Virus record (IMG/VR): IMGVR_UViG_3300046170_000302
Direction: 5' to 3' (one strand)
Length of the DNA stretch: 64,000 nt
DNA from: a virus
Lineage: Duplodnaviria > Caudoviricetes
Under the pieces are notes generated by a model. That model was given only the letters and a program-made list of their open reading frames with translations. It ran no database searches and was not told the DNA's origin. Both the position numbers and the translations under genes were made by a program. This document shows, piece after piece, positions 18,466 through 27,931 of this stretch; within the stretch, counting starts at the first letter, position 1; every line of letters begins with the position of its first letter.

Positions 18466-18492
18466 GGGGGTGCTACAGCATCCCCTTTTTTT
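18466..18492 (+). terminator. Intrinsic terminator
   Basis: GGGGTGCT-aca-AGCATCCCC followed by T tract. Confidence 0.75.
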
Positions 18493-18702
18493 ATGAAAAA
18501 ATACCTTATAAACTTCATAACAAATCCAGGAACACTAACCTCCCTTCTGTTGTTTGGAATGATAGCACTGATAGGGGCACTGCATAACCATGCTCACTAT
18601 GAAATGACTATGGATGCAGATAGTTATGTGAGGCAATGGTGTAGAGCATCAGCAGAAAACAAAAAGACCTGCATCCGTTATGGCGGAGACATGGAATATT
18701 GA
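18493..18702 (+). CDS. Small membrane protein
   Basis: N-terminal TM helix; C-terminal Cys pair. Confidence 0.6.
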   Translation: MKKYLINFITNPGTLTSLLLFGMIALIGALHNHAHYEMTMDADSYVRQWCRASAENKKTCIRYGGDMEY

Positions 18703-18745
18703 CAAATGTTAAGAAAACATATATAATATAACATAACTTAACATA
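18699..18745 (+). promoter_or_regulatory. hli promoter with HLR1-like direct repeat
   Basis: TTGACA-17-TATAAT; ATAACATA-AC-TTAACATA at 18728-18745. Confidence 0.6.
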
Positions 18746-18754
18746 AAAGAATTT

Positions 18755-18966
18755 ATGACTGTAACTACTAATGAAAGAGGACAACAGAATTTGTTCGCCA
18801 AGGAACCTACAATGTATGTTTCTCAGACTGATGCTGAAAGATACGGTTATGAATCCTATGCAGAAAAGGCAGAGAAAGCTCAATGGTCGTGCCGCGATGG
18901 TTGGTTTCTTCTTTGCTATCTTTCTCATACTCATTGACCGGTAACATTTTCTTCGGTCTTATCTGA
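18755..18966 (+). CDS. hli: High-light-inducible protein, long form; two indels near 18876 and 18920
   Basis: MTVTTNERGQQNLFAKEP N-terminus; restored AEKLNGRAAMVGF chlorophyll-binding motif. Confidence 0.85.
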
Positions 18967-19049
18967 TGACATTACTGGCATTATCTGGTATACTATTTGC
19001 GTCCTTTGTGGGCGCATCACTAATCACACAAACAGGAGAGGAATCATGA
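18966..19049 (+). CDS. 27-aa hydrophobic peptide
   Basis: MTLLALSGILFASFVGASLITQTGEES*, coupled to both neighbours. Confidence 0.5.
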   Translation: MTLLALSGILFASFVGASLITQTGEES

Positions 19050-19153
19050 ACGAAAACGCAGAACGCATCAACGGTTGGGCAGCAATGCTCGGAATCATGG
19101 CAGCCATCGGCGCCTATGCTACAACTGGTCAAATCATTCCAGGCTTATGGTAA
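19046..19153 (+). CDS. hli: High-light-inducible protein, 35 aa
   Basis: MNENAERINGWAAMLGIMAAIGAYATTGQIIPGLW; GGAG SD. Confidence 0.92.
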   Translation: MNENAERINGWAAMLGIMAAIGAYATTGQIIPGLW

Positions 19154-19278
19154 TCGAACAAACAATATTATTTTGTTTGGTTCCTCTAATCTTCATGTTA
19201 TTGTTGGTAGAAGAGGAAGATGATGATAACGATATGGACGGGGGCATGATGGTTCCCGCATACCAAGGATCCCAATAA
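19147..19278 (+). CDS. Small membrane protein with acidic tail
   Basis: TM helix followed by EEEDDDNDMDGGMMVP. Confidence 0.6.
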   Translation: MVIEQTILFCLVPLIFMLLLVEEEDDDNDMDGGMMVPAYQGSQ

Positions 19279-19322
19279 GGGGTCCTTTTTTTCTAAATAC
19301 TGGTGCCACACCAGAACCAATA

Positions 19323-19775
19323 ATGGAAAATAATCCAGAAGAAATTAAGAAGGAAGATCCAAAAAAGAAAGGTATCCTCGGTAAACTAAAAGAGGCAGCA
19401 GATGACAAAGAAGAACAACTTGCTATTCTGTCTACTTTTGTTAGGCTTGGGATCCTTGTTTGGAGTGGCGGAATACTCACGTTGGCTTATATACAACTCC
19501 CCCCAGCTCTTGGTATTCCCGAACAAAAACTAGATCCAACTTTTATTGCATCTGTATTCACTGGAGTGCTTGCAACCTTTGGTGTTCAGGCAGCAAAGAA
19601 AAATGGAGATGGAACCTACAAAGCACAAGCAGTTACAGCTGGTGGTATCACCAAAGCTGATTTGAAAGAACTCATTGATGCTGCCAAAGAGACAGCACCA
19701 GCACAGGTGATTAGAGTAGAACAAGCTCCACTAGTTATTTCTGCAATTGATCCTAAAAAAGACTTGAAATCCTAA
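19323..19775 (+). CDS. Conserved cyanophage two-TM membrane protein
   Basis: LGILVWSGGILTLAY and PTFIASVFTGVLATFGV helices; CTAAATA upstream. Confidence 0.75.
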   Translation: MENNPEEIKKEDPKKKGILGKLKEAADDKEEQLAILSTFVRLGILVWSGGILTLAYIQLPPALGIPEQKLDPTFIASVFTGVLATFGVQAAKKNGDGTYKAQAVTAGGITKADLKELIDAAKETAPAQVIRVEQAPLVISAIDPKKDLKS

Positions 19776-19835
19776 CAAATAGTTGTCTTAAACACACTCC
19801 ATATCTAATATAGATTATAGAGTTTTAAGAGAAAA

Positions 19836-19976
19836 ATGATCTCTTCACTAATGAACAATGGCCTCTTCTTAGGAGGTCTTTGTTATGCTTTAATAGTTGT
19901 GCCAGTAATAGGAATGCAACTAATCCATGAACATGGATGGCAACACTGGCAACCCTTTGATAAGGGGCACAAGTGA
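19836..19976 (+). CDS. 46-aa membrane peptide
   Basis: MISSLMNNGLFLGGLCYALIVVPVIGMQLIHEHGWQHWQPFDKGHK. Confidence 0.55.
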   Translation: MISSLMNNGLFLGGLCYALIVVPVIGMQLIHEHGWQHWQPFDKGHK

Positions 19977-20182
19977 ATCTAATACTAAGAACACATGAGA
20001 ACTTCAACGATCCAGTATGGAGTGTGATATGGTGTATTGTTATACTTTTGTTAGGAATTGGTTACTACATCTTATACATAATGAGAACTGCATTTTACGA
20101 GTTAGAACATGGGAGCCATGACACCACCCAGCAGAAAAAGCTGCTACAACTTTCGAGTCACGGAGATCAACCGTGTTCTTGA
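19973..20182 (+). CDS. Small membrane protein
   Basis: GTG start overlapping previous stop; single TM helix. Confidence 0.5.
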   Translation: MNLILRTHENFNDPVWSVIWCIVILLLGIGYYILYIMRTAFYELEHGSHDTTQQKKLLQLSSHGDQPCS

Positions 20183-20569
20183 TGGCGATACTATCGATGT
20201 CACCATTGATCTGGGGTTTGATCTATACAAGAAAGAAAGAGTTAGAGTTGCAGGAGTTGATACGCCAGAAAAGAGGACGAAGAACTTAGAGGAGAAGGCT
20301 CTTGGAATCGAAGCAACCAACTGGCTCAAAGAGAAACTGGAGAGTACTATCGCTGGTGATGATGAGTTGTCTGTTAGGACTGAACTTGTTGGTGGCGTCG
20401 GTAAATATGGGCCGTCTTCTTGGTTGGCTTTACATTGGGGACAGCAGACGTGTCCCTCAACGAACAAATGATTGAGGAAGGTTATGCTCACGCATACGAC
20501 GGAGGAACAAAAGACATGGATCTCGAAGCACTCAGAGAGATCAGAAGGGCGCACGGCACGTTGGTGTAG
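20109..20569 (+). CDS. Thermonuclease (SNase-like) endonuclease; indels near 20410-20445
   Basis: VLDGDTID, RVAGVDTPE, restored GKYGRLLG and LNEQMIEEGYA. Confidence 0.82.
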
Positions 20570-20696
20570 AAGTGTTGTCTGTGGATCTACACCTTTTATC
20601 CCAGACTCCGAATTTGGAGGGGAAAACTGCGAACTAACTTGTAGTATTGCTAAAGATTAATTCTAAACTATATACTTTTAATTAGGAAAAGTAAAA

Positions 20697-20942
20697 ATGC
20701 AAAAAGTAATTAATGTTTTAGCAGTCCTGTCGTTTGTGGGAACTGCGGGTATCATTGGAGGTGGTACTGCGGTCTATCTCAATAAAGATTCTATTATTGA
20801 GAATGCAAAGAACCAAATTGCAGCAGCTGCTGGTGAAGCAATTGCAGGACAACTTCCTGGAATGATGGATGCTGGTATGCCAGAACTTCCTAGTGCTACT
20901 GGTGGAGCTGTTCCTATGGGTGGAAGTGCACTTCCTTTCTGA
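20697..20942 (+). CDS. Membrane-anchored cyanophage hypothetical protein
   Basis: MQKVINVLAVLSFVG TM helix; Pro/Gly-rich tail. Confidence 0.7.
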   Translation: MQKVINVLAVLSFVGTAGIIGGGTAVYLNKDSIIENAKNQIAAAAGEAIAGQLPGMMDAGMPELPSATGGAVPMGGSALPF

Positions 20943-21749
20943 TGGATATCCCTGAGATCGTTGTCCCTAATACGAGTGTCAATATTAGTGACATTCGTAA
21001 TTTGAATATCGATGTAATGCCTGATTGGATGAGAGATCCTCCTCAGGCATTACCAATTTACCCACCCGTGTCTACACAGGTGGGTGTTCCTATTGTTAAT
21101 ATACCTGGATGTGTTGAGTCTCATAGAGATAGTAGTGAGAATCAAACACTGAAAGAAGAGGACAGGGATGGTGTTAGAGTTTTCTGTGATGCAGGGACAC
21201 CTAGTTATAGTCCATTAGATTATGACCCACGTAGATTAGAAGTAACTACAACATCTCCACCTCCACCACCATATAAAGCACCAGAATCAAAACCACCACC
21301 AACTCCTGATGCACCACCAACTCCTAAAACTGATGCTGCAATCGCAGAGTGTCCGAGTAGAGCACAAGAATTAAAAAACCCTGTAGGAAAAATCCTAGAG
21401 GGTAATAAAAAGATTACTGGGTATGAGACCGTAGGAAAAGAATGTCTCCCCGTATTTGAAAATTTAAATATACCAGATCAGATTGTCCAGAACATACCAT
21501 CAGCAGGTATGATAACTGTCACTGCATCTATCGCCTGTGGTGGCAACGACCTCGGCACTGCTCGCAAAACCTCTTGCTGACCTTTTGTTAAAAGTGGTGA
21601 AACCTGTGACGAAGAAGGTTGTGAAGAAGATTGCTGCCTTACGGGGTAAGAAACCCCCGGTATTGTCTGCGACTGAGAGGAAGGCGGAGCAACGGGACCG
21701 GAACCGGGCGATAAAGGTCTTACGTTCGGCACTGAAACCGAAGGGATAG
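20942..21749 (+). CDS. Pro-rich cyanophage protein with C-terminal TM and basic tail; frameshift near 21533
   Basis: Track ORFs 20942..21580 and 21537..21749 join into one protein. Confidence 0.65.
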
Positions 21750-22520
21750 AATGACGATGTTGCTTGACGGTAGTTACATTTTGTACTACAACGTCAGCAC
21801 ATATTTTATAGTAAGGGCTACGTGGGTGGAAACTGATTCCCCTCTGCATCAATTCGCCACAATTCTTAAGTCTCGCAATCTCAAAGTCTAATCTTTTATT
21901 GGCAAGCATTTGACCCTGTAAAGCAATTTGTGTCTCTGCTGCTTGTTTACAACGTTCTTGTAGTCCACCATCAAGTGGAAAAGAAATTGTTGCAGATAAT
22001 CCAAGACTGGTGCTGTAGTTTTTAGTGTCACCAGTTCTTACTGGTTTCTCCCAGAGTTCTGCTCCTGGATTATCGGGCACACCATCTCCCATCATTTCCA
22101 TAACTGTGATGGGCATGTCTGCACCATCTTCATAGGCACGAACAGTTTCACCTTCTGAGTTTGTATATGTCCTATCATCATAATGTTCAGACCAAGGCCA
22201 GTTCTTCACATTCTTCTGAACTTCTACTAACTGACCTTCAAAATCTCTTCCATCATATTGAGGTTCCATATAGTGTGTCTCAAATGGATCCTTCTCATTA
22301 CGAGCATGAGTAATGAATGGTGTGATGTTAGCAGTCGGTCCTTGACATGCGATACCACCACCGTATTGATTAGTGATATATGGACCTTGTAAGACCTGAA
22401 TAGCTTGGTTGGTCACTGAGCCTGAACTGTTTGCGATTGGGTTTGCAGTCGCAGAAACACCTCCCACATCAGCAGCACTGACGGGGGAGGCGATAAGAAG
22501 TGATATTACTGGGTAAAGAT
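21478..22520 (-). CDS. Secreted/outer-membrane protein C (start and end uncertain)
   Basis: Signal-like ISLLIASPVSA, then ADVGGVSATANPIANSSGSVTNQA, beta-hairpin, coiled coil with Cys pair. Confidence 0.6.
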
Positions 22521-22977
22521 ACTTGTGGTATCTGTGATGCTTGTAACCTCTGTTGTTCTTTGAATCACAGTTTGATTCGTTACACCCGGTCCCATGTAGG
22601 TCTGAGAGAACTGAAATGCTGCTCCTGGTTCTGCGATTGTGAAACTCTGTCCACTTTAATTCGAGACCAGAGTTGGCGCTTGTTACTTGCCCCTCTGTTC
22701 CTCCTAATGGATTCACTATCACTGAGTTTGTCGTTGGGTTCGGACTGAGGGATTGTCCCCCGTTCGTCACGTTTGTTCCCGATACTGAATATTGCCATCC
22801 TGTTGCATAATCTATAGAGTTAATAGTTTCAGTCACCTTCGATGTTGTCTCTGTGTGACTCGTCATGCTTCCCTGAGTGAAGTTTGGCACTACAGGGACC
22901 GCCAGGGCAGCGGCAGGAATAAGACTTACTCCCACCGCAGACATCACAATATATATGATTGTCTTTCCAGAAGTCAT
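22506..22977 (-). CDS. Secreted beta-rich protein B; frameshift near 22660
   Basis: Signal peptide ..AAALA-VPVVPNF; restored C-terminus PGAAFQFSQTYMGPG...TTSIFTQ*. Confidence 0.65.
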
Positions 22978-22997
22978 GTTTTCTGACCTCCATTTAT

Positions 22998-23492
22998 TTA
23001 GTGTAGAATCGTGAGCTCACTGACGAATTGACCAGTAGCATTTGTACCAGCTCCACCAGCCGTCAAAGTAATAGCACCAGCAGTACTAAGAGTACCAGCT
23101 AGAGAACCAGCAGCTCCTGCAGTTGTAGATGTAATATTGCCAAAGTTTGCTACATCACCAACAGTGACTGCACTGGTTGGGATTGCATCTGCCTGTGTAT
23201 AAGACTGAGAGAAACTAAAGGAACTACCAGGATTATCCTGAGTAGCAGCAATTGTGCCTGGGGCATAAATTCCACTGGAAATTGCACCAGTAGAAATTGT
23301 ATTAACTGTTGTTCCGTCAGTAGTATCTACACCGCTGCCTGAAATTGAGAAGTTACTACCAAGTCTTGTGACATTAGTAGCAGCTGCATCAACGGTTAAT
23401 TGAACACTAGAAGATAACTTATGAGTAAGAGCACCTGCATTTGCTGCTGGTGCGGTCATCAATAACATTATGAAAGGTAAAAACCGTTTCAT
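22998..23492 (-). CDS. Secreted beta-rich Ser/Thr/Gly/Ala protein A
   Basis: Signal peptide MKRFLPFIMLLMTAPAANA; late-type CTAAATA on the minus strand at 23518-23524. Confidence 0.75.
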   Translation of the reverse strand: MKRFLPFIMLLMTAPAANAGALTHKLSSSVQLTVDAAATNVTRLGSNFSISGSGVDTTDGTTVNTISTGAISSGIYAPGTIAATQDNPGSSFSFSQSYTQADAIPTSAVTVGDVANFGNITSTTAGAAGSLAGTLSTAGAITLTAGGAGTNATGQFVSELTILH

Positions 23493-23625
23493 AGTAAACC
23501 GAGAAGGGTATGTGTGCTATTTAGAAACTAAATTATTTGATACAATGTTAAAGTATCACTACAAACATTTCACATAATCAATTAAATAGATTAAATAGTT
23601 ATTCACCAAAAACAAATTAAATAAA

Positions 23626-23892
23626 ATGTATTCCAAGGAAACATCTGACTTATTTGTCAGTCGAAAGGAATGTCCAAAATGTGGAGCAGTGTGGTTAAAT
23701 GGTCAACACATATGGAGCACTGGTCGTAAAGGTGATGAAGAAACTCTAAGTAACCTTGTGTGTAGTATCAAAAATGATCCACAATGTATTAACTCAAAAC
23801 ATAAGGTAGGTCATGTCTACGGTGATAAAGACACTTGGGAAAAGAGAAGTAAATTCGTTAAACAAAAATTGAAGGAGATTGACGATGCCTAA
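23626..23892 (+). CDS. Hypothetical protein with CxxC
   Basis: ECPKCGAVWLNGQH. Confidence 0.65.
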   Translation: MYSKETSDLFVSRKECPKCGAVWLNGQHIWSTGRKGDEETLSNLVCSIKNDPQCINSKHKVGHVYGDKDTWEKRSKFVKQKLKEIDDA

Positions 23893-24040
23893 AGGTAAAA
23901 TGTTGAAGTATGAAATGGAATCTCATCTTTATAGGTTAAAGAATGAACTACACAGTAGGTCAGGAGTGTGTGAATCTAAAGGTCTAGCTGATGAGTATCT
24001 CAATAGGGTCTTAGATAAACTTCAAGAGTTTAGATACTAA
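23885..24040 (+). CDS. 51-aa hypothetical protein
   Basis: MPKGKMLKYEM...LNRVLDKLQEFRY*. Confidence 0.55.
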   Translation: MPKGKMLKYEMESHLYRLKNELHSRSGVCESKGLADEYLNRVLDKLQEFRY

Positions 24041-24164
24041 GCTAAGCCCAACCTTTATCGGTAACAAACCTATTGTAGTCAAAACCAATACCCTTGTTAA
24101 GTACCAGTTCTCTAAGTGGAACACCAACTTAACAGGGGTATTTCTTTGTGGTATGATAACAGGG

Positions 24165-24186
24165 TAAACAAAACTTTACATAAATA
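24165..24186 (+). promoter_or_regulatory. HLR1-like direct repeat abutting the psbA late-type promoter
   Basis: TAAACAAA-AC-TTTACATA overlapping ATAAATA (24180-24186). Confidence 0.5.
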
Positions 24187-24229
24187 AACCAGTTACTTGT
24201 GTTGGTTTCAACATAAGTGTTTATACTTA

Positions 24230-24349
24230 CTCCCCCTAAACCAAGACCTATAGGGAGTTTAAAAACGTCTTTAATACCTGTATCTAAGGGTGATACAGGA
24301 ATAGTAAAACCATCATTTCCCTGATGATCTTACTTTTAAGTACATTACA
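24230..24349 (+). ncRNA. PhotoRC-II-like RNA motif in the psbA 5' UTR
   Basis: CTCCC/GGGAG, CCTGTATC/GATACAGG and ATCAT/ATGAT hairpins upstream of the ATG, as recalled for cyanophage psbA leaders. Confidence 0.65.
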
Positions 24350-25429
24350 ATGGCTTCAACACTTTCAAGGCAACAATCACAATCCACATGGAATGACTTC
24401 TGTGACTGGGTTACCTCTACCAACAACCGTCTGTATGTCGGTTGGTTCGGTGTACTGATGATCCCAACTCTGTTGGCGGCTACCATCTGTTTCATTATTG
24501 CATTCGTAGGTGCTCCTCCTGTGGACATCGACGGTATCCGTGAACCCGTTGCTGGTTCACTCATGTATGGCAACAACATCATCTCTGGTGCTGTCGTTCC
24601 TTCCTCCAATGCAATCGGTCTACATTTCTACCCCATCTGGGAAGCAGCCTCACTCGATGAGTGGCTTTACAATGGCGGTCCTTTCCAACTGGTAGTCTTC
24701 CACTTCCTTATCGGCATCTACGCTTATATGGGACGTGAGTGGGAACTTTCTTATCGTTTGGGTATGAGACCCTGGATCTGTGTGGCATATTCCGCACCTG
24801 TAGCTGCAGCGAGTGCAGTATTCCTGGTCTATCCTTTCGGTCAAGGTTCTTTCTCCGACGCGATGCCCCTGGGTATCTCTGGTACATTCAACTACATGTT
24901 GGTCTTCCAAGCAGAACATAACATCCTGATGCACCCCTTCCACATGTTGGGAGTTGCTGGTGTCTTCGGTGGTTCACTCTTCTCGGCAATGCATGGTTCA
25001 CTGGTTACTTCTTCTTTGGTTCGTGAAACGACCGAGCAAGAGTCACAGAACTATGGTTATAAGTTCGGACAAGAGGAAGAGACCTATAACATCGTCGCAG
25101 CTCATGGCTACTTCGGTCGTCTCATCTTCCAATACGCTTCTTTCAACAACTCTAGAAGTCTTCACTTCTTCTTGGCAGCCTGGCCTGTTGTAGGTATCTG
25201 GTTCACCGCACTTGGTGTTTCCACGATGGCCTTCAACCTGAACGGTTTCAACTTCAACCAGTCCATCGTTGATGGTCAGTCCCGTGTTATCAACACCTGG
25301 GCCGACGTTCTCAACAGAGCTGGACTTGGTATGGAAGTTATGCATGAGAGAAACGCTCACAACTTCCCACTCGACCTGGCAGCAGCTGAGTCTACTCCTG
25401 TAGCACTCACCGCTCCTTCCATCGGTTGA
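24350..25429 (+). CDS. psbA: Photosystem II D1 protein, intact, no intron
   Basis: 359 aa; [35 protein letters not shown]. Confidence 0.99.
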   Translation: MASTLSRQQSQSTWNDFCDWVTSTNNRLYVGWFGVLMIPTLLAATICFIIAFVGAPPVDIDGIREPVAGSLMYGNNIISGAVVPSSNAIGLHFYPIWEAASLDEWLYNGGPFQLVVFHFLIGIYAYMGREWELSYRLGMRPWICVAYSAPVAAASAVFLVYPFGQGSFSDAMPLGISGTFNYMLVFQAEHNILMHPFHMLGVAGVFGGSLFSAMHGSLVTSSLVRETTEQESQNYGYKFGQEEETYNIVAAHGYFGRLIFQYASFNNSRSLHFFLAAWPVVGIWFTALGVSTMAFNLNGFNFNQSIVDGQSRVINTWADVLNRAGLGMEVMHERNAHNFPLDLAAAESTPVALTAPSIG

Positions 25430-25454
25430 TATAACACCTGATACGTGTTACAAT

Positions 25455-25479
25455 AAGAGGGACTTCGGTCCCTCTTTTT
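25455..25479 (+). terminator. Intrinsic terminator after psbA
   Basis: AAGAGGGAC-TTCG-GTCCCTCTT followed by T tract. Confidence 0.9.
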
Positions 25480-25506
25480 CTTTATTCTTTAATGTGAAGT
25501 TTTATT

Positions 25507-25713
25507 ATGATTGAACTTTTAACTTACTATGTTATTGGTGGAGCACTACTAGTTGGAGCTCCTGCTGTGTTCTTCCTTATCGCTTTTATGCCAGCCCTTC
25601 AAAATACGAAAGGTCGTATGGTTGGATATAAGGATCGGAAAGCATATGGTGACATCTCTTCTTACGAGAACTCACCCACAGATCAAACTAAATTCTTTTT
25701 AGAACTGAACTAA
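25507..25713 (+). CDS. Small membrane protein
   Basis: N-terminal TM helix, 68 aa. Confidence 0.65.
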   Translation: MIELLTYYVIGGALLVGAPAVFFLIAFMPALQNTKGRMVGYKDRKAYGDISSYENSPTDQTKFFLELN

Positions 25714-25715
25714 TC

Positions 25716-25949
25716 ATGTCCTGTAAAACTTTAAGAACAGATATTCTCTCTGCACTTAGAAGTGCAGCAGAAGGAAATATTCAAAAGGCAAGGATCAACA
25801 TTGAGGTTTACTTGCACAACCCTGTTGGTATCGGTGAACACCCAGATGTGTTAGCTGCCATTCAGGATCAACTCGATGTTATTGCACACGAAGAGGAACG
25901 TATTCAAGTAATTGAAAAGCACTTCTCTTCACATACTCACTCAGAATAA
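25716..25949 (+). CDS. Conserved hypothetical protein
   Basis: YLHNPVGIGEHPD motif. Confidence 0.7.
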   Translation: MSCKTLRTDILSALRSAAEGNIQKARINIEVYLHNPVGIGEHPDVLAAIQDQLDVIAHEEERIQVIEKHFSSHTHSE

Positions 25950-27004
25950 ATGGCAACATCTACACTTGCACCCCCTACTAGGGGGTGGTTCGATCTTTTA
26001 GACGACTGGTTAAAAAGAGACAGATTTGTATTCATAGGATGGTCCGGTGTTCTTCTTCTACCTACTGCTTACCTTGCAATTGGGGGCTGGCTTACTGGCA
26101 CAACTTTCGTTACGAGCTGGTATACCCATGGTCTCGCTAGTTCCTATCTTGAGGGTTCTAACTTTCTTACGGCAGCTGTTAGTACTCCAGCTGATGCTAT
26201 GGGTCATTCTCTTCTTCTCCTCTGGGGTCCAGAGGCTCAGGGGGATTTCGTCCGATGGTGTCAACTTGGGGGACTCTGGAATTTTGTGGCACTCCACGGA
26301 GCCTTTGCTCTCATTGGTTTCATGCTTCGACAGTTTGAAATCTCTCGTCTCGTAGGAATTAGACCGTACAATGCTATTGCGTTCTCTGGGCCTATCGCTG
26401 TTTTTGTCAGTGTGTTTCTCATCTATCCACTCGGACAGTCCAGTTGGTTCTTTGCACCGTCGTTTGGTGTTGCAGCGATATTTAGGTTCCTGTTGTTCCT
26501 TCAGGGTTTCCACAACTGGACGCTCAACCCATTCCATATGATGGGAGTTGCAGGTATCCTAGGTGGAGCACTACTCAGTGCTATCCACGGTGTCACAGTA
26601 GAGAATACATTGTATGAAGATGGTGAACAGGCAAACACATTCAAAGCATTTGACTCAACCCAAGAGGAAGAGACTTACTCTATGGTTACAGCCAACAGAT
26701 TCTGGTCTCAAATTTTTGGTATCGCTTTTAGTAACAAGCGCTGGCTTCATTTCTTTATGTTATTTGTTCCAGTTATGGGGCTCTGGACTAGTAGTATTGG
26801 GATTATTGGGCTTGCTCTTAATCTTCGTGCTTACGACTTTGTGAGTCAAGAGATCAGAGCAGCAGAAGATCCAGAGTTTGAAACCTTCTACACAAAAACA
26901 TTCTCTTGAATGAAGGACTACGTGCATGGTTGGCACCAGTTGATCAACCACATGAGTCATTCGTATTCCCAGAAGAAGTATTACCTAGAGGTAACGCACT
27001 ATGA
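25950..27004 (+). CDS. psbD: Photosystem II D2 protein; one-base deletion in the A run near 26894
   Basis: [13 protein letters not shown]; restored end [15 protein letters not shown]...EVLPRGNAL*. Confidence 0.97.
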
Positions 27005-27246
27005 TTAAATCTCTATTCAGTTTGGTATTTGCAGCTCTAATGTGGGTTCAAGTACCTCAGTGGAAAGATGATTGGTCTAAGTGTGCTGTTGATGTACCTG
27101 ACACAGCATGTCACTGGTACATCGTGGCACCAGATAGCACCATGGGAGAGGGGTTCGATTGGGCCACCGCTCCCTGGTTCTCAGTCGAAGGATTGAGAGA
27201 CATTGGTGAACTCAAAAACACAGTCCAGTCTCTACAGGAGGCATAA
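27001..27246 (+). CDS. Cyanophage hypothetical protein
   Basis: WVQVPQW..DWSKC motif. Confidence 0.7.
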   Translation: MIKSLFSLVFAALMWVQVPQWKDDWSKCAVDVPDTACHWYIVAPDSTMGEGFDWATAPWFSVEGLRDIGELKNTVQSLQEA

Positions 27247-27452
27247 TGAATAACTTCGAAGTCATTTTATACTTCGTCTGCTTCGCTGCTATTGGTGGCG
27301 GTGCCTTTGCTATGATGTGGTCTAACATCCAATCTATTAACATAGAGATGGCAAAACCTAAACCACGTCACCCTGAAGCACCACAAGCAGGTGAAGAACT
27401 GATGTATGTGGATTTAAGTAGAGAAAAACTAGAGGATTTGTATAATGATTAA
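27246..27452 (+). CDS. DUF2973-like small membrane protein
   Basis: TM helix followed by RHPE...GEEL. Confidence 0.6.
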   Translation: MNNFEVILYFVCFAAIGGGAFAMMWSNIQSINIEMAKPKPRHPEAPQAGEELMYVDLSREKLEDLYND

Positions 27453-27843
27453 GTCATTAGGATTCTTACTACTCCGTCTATCGATAGGCATCATGCTTAT
27501 CCATCACGGATACGAGAAACTAGATAACATTGAAAACTTTGCGGATGCATTTGTAAGACCATTACATCTTCCGTTTCCAATCTTCTTCTCATACGTTGCA
27601 GCTTTCTCTGAGATTGTAGGAAGTTGGTTGGTCATCTTTGGACTTGTTACTAGGTTGGGTGCCTTAGCAATCTTAGGCACTGTATCATTTGGAATCTATC
27701 ACGCTTTAGTTACAGCTGGATTCAACATCTATCTGTTAGAACTCTTAGTTCTTTACTGGGGAGGTGCAGCTTGTATCGTTCTCGGTGGTGGTGGTAACTT
27801 CTCAATAGATCATTTGATACTAAGAAGACTTAAAGGAGTATAA
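27445..27843 (+). CDS. DoxX family membrane protein
   Basis: LLLRL.IG..LI.HG..K; E.VG...V.FGL.TR. Confidence 0.85.
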   Translation: MIKSLGFLLLRLSIGIMLIHHGYEKLDNIENFADAFVRPLHLPFPIFFSYVAAFSEIVGSWLVIFGLVTRLGALAILGTVSFGIYHALVTAGFNIYLLELLVLYWGGAACIVLGGGGNFSIDHLILRRLKGV

Positions 27844-27873
27844 ATTTATACCCTAATAACAGGAAATACACAC

Positions 27874-27896
27874 GGAGGGTTGACCCTCCTTTTTTT
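27874..27896 (+). terminator. Intrinsic terminator
   Basis: GGAGGG-TTGA-CCCTCC followed by T7. Confidence 0.8.
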
Positions 27897-27931
27897 GTGT
27901 GTATAATTAGTGTATGTAATTTTGTTTTTAC

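Noticed and set aside
24350-25429. Group I intron or homing endonuclease in or next to psbA
   Set aside because: psbA is continuous at 359 aa, and the two ORFs between psbA and psbD have no nuclease motifs.
24313-26960. Antisense and alternative-frame ORFs over psbA and psbD
   Set aside because: These are typical shadows of strongly codon-biased genes, with no independent SD or motifs.
25950-27004. Truncated or pseudogenised psbD, or programmed frameshifting
   Set aside because: The missing C-terminus is intact in the next frame after an A-run deletion, like the other window-wide errors; no slippery site plus stimulator is evident.
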